Origin: Chromera velia | Lineage: Eukaryota | Direction: 5' to 3' | Length of the DNA: 57,330 bases | Assembly: GCA_018398765.1 (NCBI GenBank) | Contig: JAHBMJ010000098.1 | Location: forward strand, 1-57,330 | In this document: positions 57,218-57,330 of the stretch, piece by piece | Position numbering within the stretch: the stretch's first letter is position 1 | How the letters are laid out: each line of letters starts with the position of its first letter | Notes under the pieces: generated by a model | Told to the model about the DNA's origin: nothing | The model's database searches: none | What the model saw: only the letters and a program-made list of their open reading frames with translations | Program-made: the position numbers and the translations under genes

Positions 57218-57271
57218 CACACACACGCACTCACACACTCACACTCACACACACACACACACTCACACACT

Positions 57272-57330
<59 letters not shown>
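57180..57330. repeat. (CA)n microsatellite (intronic)
   Basis: Seen directly. Confidence 0.95.

Overview
This is eukaryotic, intron-rich genomic DNA, not prokaryotic. Microsatellite-filled GT-AG introns, a nuclear hslU gene, TGCATG-rich promoters and AT-rich transposon islands suggest an alveolate of the chromerid/apicomplexan lineage (Chromera velia-like; inference only). By manual splicing I find six genes: a single-exon F-box-like gene (-); a 19-exon ~1,925-aa coiled-coil golgin with a C-terminal GRIP domain (+); mitochondrial-type HslU/ClpY (-); splicing factor SF3A1/Prp21 (+); a Det1-like histidine phosphatase (-); and the last exon of an unknown gene (-). Between the genes are a decayed gag-like LTR remnant, a near full-length but inactivated APE-RT LINE, several LINE 3' ends, nested non-autonomous DNA transposons with readable TIRs and TSDs, a composite direct-repeat element and a ~57-bp satellite. 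Two window-wide signals stand out. (1) Repeats carry C>T/G>A changes at CpA/TpG as well as CpG, resembling fungal RIP, in an apparently non-fungal genome. (2) About 60% of the splice donors I placed have C at +3 (GTCAGT/GTCGGT/GTCTGT) rather than the usual purine. Most short ORFs in the supplied track are intronic, antisense or microsatellite artefacts.
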